A DNA stretch of 64,000 bases from Bacteroidales bacterium (GTDB taxonomy: Bacteria > Bacteroidota > Bacteroidia > Bacteroidales > 4484-276). The stretch is from positions 1,697-65,696 of the forward strand of contig DAIRGA010000009.1 of NCBI GenBank assembly GCA_036794825.1, given 5' to 3'. Numbering within the stretch: position 1 is the first letter of the stretch; each line of letters starts with the position of its first letter. This document shows, piece by piece, positions 61,635 through 64,000 of this stretch. Under the pieces are notes generated by a model, which worked only from the letters and a program-made list of their open reading frames with translations, was not told the origin of the DNA and did no database searches. A program made the translations under genes and the position numbers.

Positions 61635-63749
61635 TTAACGCCGGATAGCTGGAGCCGTAACCTCATACAGCCTGAAATTCGACATCCGGAGGACTTTCCA
61701 CTCCTGGTTTTCGAATCCACTGCCGTCACCTTGCCTGAAACGGTAGTTGGTATAAAGCAGCGGGATATCGTGGTAAGGCAGGCAGTTTCTGAAATTCAAC
61801 CCGTATTGCATCAGCGCGCTCAGAAAAAATAGTCCAGTATCGTAGCCCCTGAAACCATAAATTTCAGGATCGGCAGCATAGAGTTCCCTGAAACTACGTA
61901 CAAAATTCTTTACAGCATCTGACTGATAATCTGCATAATCCGTAGTGATATAATGGGTATTCAGGTTCCCCAGGTGGTTGTAATCAAGCCCCTCCATTTC
62001 CATCCAGTTGGGTAGTCCAATCACGGTGATGTCGTATTTATTTCTCAGCAGATTCAGCTTACGAAGAAAATCGAGTATAACTACCTTATTATCAGAGTAA
62101 ACTACCACCACGTTGGGTTTATCCGTGTATGCCTCTCTCAGGAACGGACTAAGGCTGTCGCGGTTGATGTTGATTTCCACTACTCCGAGTTCTCCCATTA
62201 GCAAATGGTTGCCAATGGAGGATTTCAGCCTGGCAACCGGCTCCTCGTCGCGTATTGCGCTCTGGCGGGCAACAAACACTTTGGCATCCCTGAATTTATA
62301 TCCAATGTACTCGCCAACAGTGCCGTAAATCCTGTTTTCGGCCGGAATCACTTTAATTGCAAACGGATTATCCCGGATAACATCCGCACGGGATGACAAC
62401 GGGTTTACGATCGGAATGCCCTGTTCCTTTGCAAATTCGGACACCACCCTGAAACTTGAATTGTAAAATGGCCCTACAATCAGGTGCATATTTGCCAGCT
62501 GCTTGTTTTGAATGAGTTTTTGCGCCTGCGACACATTATCTTCGACATTGAAAATGTGAATTTCCGCATTCAAACCAGTTTTACGAAGCGAATCCACCGC
62601 AAGCATGAAACCTTCGTAATACCGGATAAATTGAAATGCCTTCAAGTTAACCGGATTTGGTGTTTCCGGGTTTGTTGAACTGATAAATTGAATCTTTTGG
62701 TCAAAATCATCAAAAAACAGGGGGATTAGCAGTGCGATGTTGTAGGTTGCTTTCCCCGGGCGCTGTCTGCAAAGTTCCATGCTTGTGGGTGCTGCTGATG
62801 ATTCTTCCTGTATGGGGTCGGTTTGGATGACGACAATATTATTTGTCTCAGTTTCGCCGACTTTCAACGGCGGAAGTGGGATTTTTACCATCAGTCCTGG
62901 TTGTAACTGTTTGGTTATGTATGGATTGACTTTTATTACCTCCCCTTCTGTGAGGCCATAATTTCTTGCAAGCTTCGAAAGTGGCATTCGCTGCTTAATG
63001 TTTTGGGTTATGAAGTCTTTTTGGGTAGGATTGGCCGGTATTTTAATGATCTGACTTTTTGAAAGTTGCTCGCCAAGTCCTGGATTCAGGCTGGTGATGC
63101 TATCAATACTTACCCGATAACGAATTGCCAGTTCATAGATCGTTTCCCGGTTACGTTCCTGGATTTCAAAATAACCCCTTTGTGGTTTTTCCTGTTGAAT
63201 TGGATCGTTATTAACTGTTATAGAGGGCGTTACATTAAGTGGTGAAATTTGACCAGATGAAGCAGGCTGGCTTTTCGGCGTTTCTGTCGAATGACCTGCT
63301 GTTGATCCTAAAACAGGAATTTCGATAATCATTCCCTCTTTCAACCCTTCCGGCAACCCGTAATTGGCTTGTTTGATGTCATCAATCGAAACATTATACT
63401 CTCTTGAGAGGCTGAAAAGGGTTTCACCTTTGGCTACACGACGCATGTTGGTGCTGGTTTTTATCGGTTTTGACTGGCCCTCTGCATTGGATTTTAAGGG
63501 TATGTAGAGTTTTTTACCAGCAGCCACGGATTCTTCCAGTCCAGGATTGGACTCATAAATATTTCTTACATCAACTTCGTAAGCTTTTGAAATGGAATAT
63601 AGCGTCTGTCCCTGTTCGACAGTGTGGACAATGTACTCTTTTCCATTTAGAATTTCTGTGATTTTTGATTTTTGAACAGGAGTTTGGGCGCTTAACGCAA
63701 TGGTAAGCATGAGAAGTAACGGAACCAGAATTATACTTTTCAATCTCAT
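61635..63749 (-). CDS. LysM-repeat protein fused to a periplasmic-binding-protein (type 1, amino-acid-binding-like) domain
   Basis: Signal peptide followed by at least four LysM units (YIVHTVEQGQTLYSISKAYEVDVRNIYESNPGL; RRVAKGETLFSLSREYNVSIDDIKQANYGL; FEIQERNRETIYELAIRYRVSIDSITSLNPGL; a fourth around MPLSKLARNYGLTEGEVIKVNP). The C-terminal ~370 aa are PBP1-like. Confidence 0.85.
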   Translation of the reverse strand: MRLKSIILVPLLLMLTIALSAQTPVQKSKITEILNGKEYIVHTVEQGQTLYSISKAYEVDVRNIYESNPGLEESVAAGKKLYIPLKSNAEGQSKPIKTSTNMRRVAKGETLFSLSREYNVSIDDIKQANYGLPEGLKEGMIIEIPVLGSTAGHSTETPKSQPASSGQISPLNVTPSITVNNDPIQQEKPQRGYFEIQERNRETIYELAIRYRVSIDSITSLNPGLGEQLSKSQIIKIPANPTQKDFITQNIKQRMPLSKLARNYGLTEGEVIKVNPYITKQLQPGLMVKIPLPPLKVGETETNNIVVIQTDPIQEESSAAPTSMELCRQRPGKATYNIALLIPLFFDDFDQKIQFISSTNPETPNPVNLKAFQFIRYYEGFMLAVDSLRKTGLNAEIHIFNVEDNVSQAQKLIQNKQLANMHLIVGPFYNSSFRVVSEFAKEQGIPIVNPLSSRADVIRDNPFAIKVIPAENRIYGTVGEYIGYKFRDAKVFVARQSAIRDEEPVARLKSSIGNHLLMGELGVVEININRDSLSPFLREAYTDKPNVVVVYSDNKVVILDFLRKLNLLRNKYDITVIGLPNWMEMEGLDYNHLGNLNTHYITTDYADYQSDAVKNFVRSFRELYAADPEIYGFRGYDTGLFFLSALMQYGLNFRNCLPYHDIPLLYTNYRFRQGDGSGFENQEWKVLRMSNFRLYEVTAPAIRR

Positions 63750-63934
63750 TTTGATCGTATTAACTAATGAAAAGCACTTTTAAAATACGTCGAAAATTTT
63801 GTAACCGGTTTAATTTCAATTTAATCAGGATGAAAAACAGCATTTACCCGATTTTATTTCAAACGCCTCCCAACCAAAAAACGAAAACTCTAAAATCCTT
63901 TTGTTGCAAATGAGGATTGATGGGTACACGACTC

Positions 63935-64000
63935 TTATTCCCACTCGATGGTGGCAGGCGGTTTTGAGCTGATATCGTACACAACCCGGTTTACACCTTT
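63935..64000 (-). CDS. guaA: GMP synthase, 3' end only (gene continues beyond the window end)
   Basis: The reverse-strand translation of 63938-64000 is KGVNRVVYDISSKPPATIEWE followed by TAA (63935-63937). KPPATIEWE is the conserved GuaA C-terminus. Confidence 0.8.
   Translation of the reverse strand, partial: KGVNRVVYDISSKPPATIEWE

Noticed and set aside
63894-63918. Hairpin aatcct-(13 nt)-aggatt downstream of the guaA stop, considered as a possible terminator.
   Set aside because: It has only 6 bp with a 13-nt loop, which is too weak to call. The T-rich stretch that follows on the minus strand is interrupted.
1-64000. I searched by eye for CRISPR repeats, tRNA/rRNA genes, IS elements, integrases, reverse transcriptases and invertible-promoter inverted repeats near the giant surface-protein genes.
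   Set aside because: None was found. Every long ORF is accounted for by the genes listed. The intergenic regions are short (at most ~345 nt) and contain no tRNA-like GTTCGAATC-type arms or regularly spaced repeats. A computational scan (tRNAscan-SE, Infernal/Rfam, CRISPR finders, einverted) would be needed to be definitive.

Overview
This 64-kb window looks like a Bacteroidota chromosome. That inference rests on four type-A T9SS C-terminal sorting domains, CarboxypepD_reg-type TonB-dependent receptors with a DUF4249-like partner, and eight TAnnTTTG -7 boxes correctly placed upstream of start codons. I saw no rRNA, tRNA, CRISPR array, transposase or integrase.

Left half (1-35.3 kb), accessory-looking:
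- A co-oriented minus-strand array holds two tandem giant T9SS cargo paralogues (1998 aa with a GEVED head; 2347 aa with an S1-protease head). They are followed by a Sec-exported tail-fibre-like protein with an S74 intramolecular chaperone domain, then a truncated exported ORF.
- Next come cysK-cysE, a dihaem cytochrome c, a 7-TM CREST/ceramidase-like protein and a TBDT plus DUF4249-like pair.
- Two more giant T9SS proteins follow (1843 aa and 1268 aa). The 1268-aa protein closes a three-gene operon of exported alpha/alpha-toroid proteins that faces two TonB-dependent receptors.

Main finding: all four giant proteins have unrelated heads but share one unnamed ~290-aa tripartite module directly upstream of the CTD.

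Right half, mostly housekeeping: chrA, an M23 peptidase, a HAD hydrolase, tpiA, nhaC, rlmB, lepA, dus, a CDF transporter, an EamA transporter, a LysM protein and the guaA 3' end. It also carries a MazF/RHH toxin-antitoxin pair and an AT-rich type II restriction-modification pair flanking tpiA. It also holds a NuoE/NuoF-type (flavin-based electron-bifurcation-like) operon. Its third subunit is an unusual fusion of a 2Fe-2S domain, a GltD-like module and a NuoG-like domain with a cysteine-less molybdopterin-oxidoreductase-like C-terminus.

All domain calls come from reading motifs in the translations. No database search was run.
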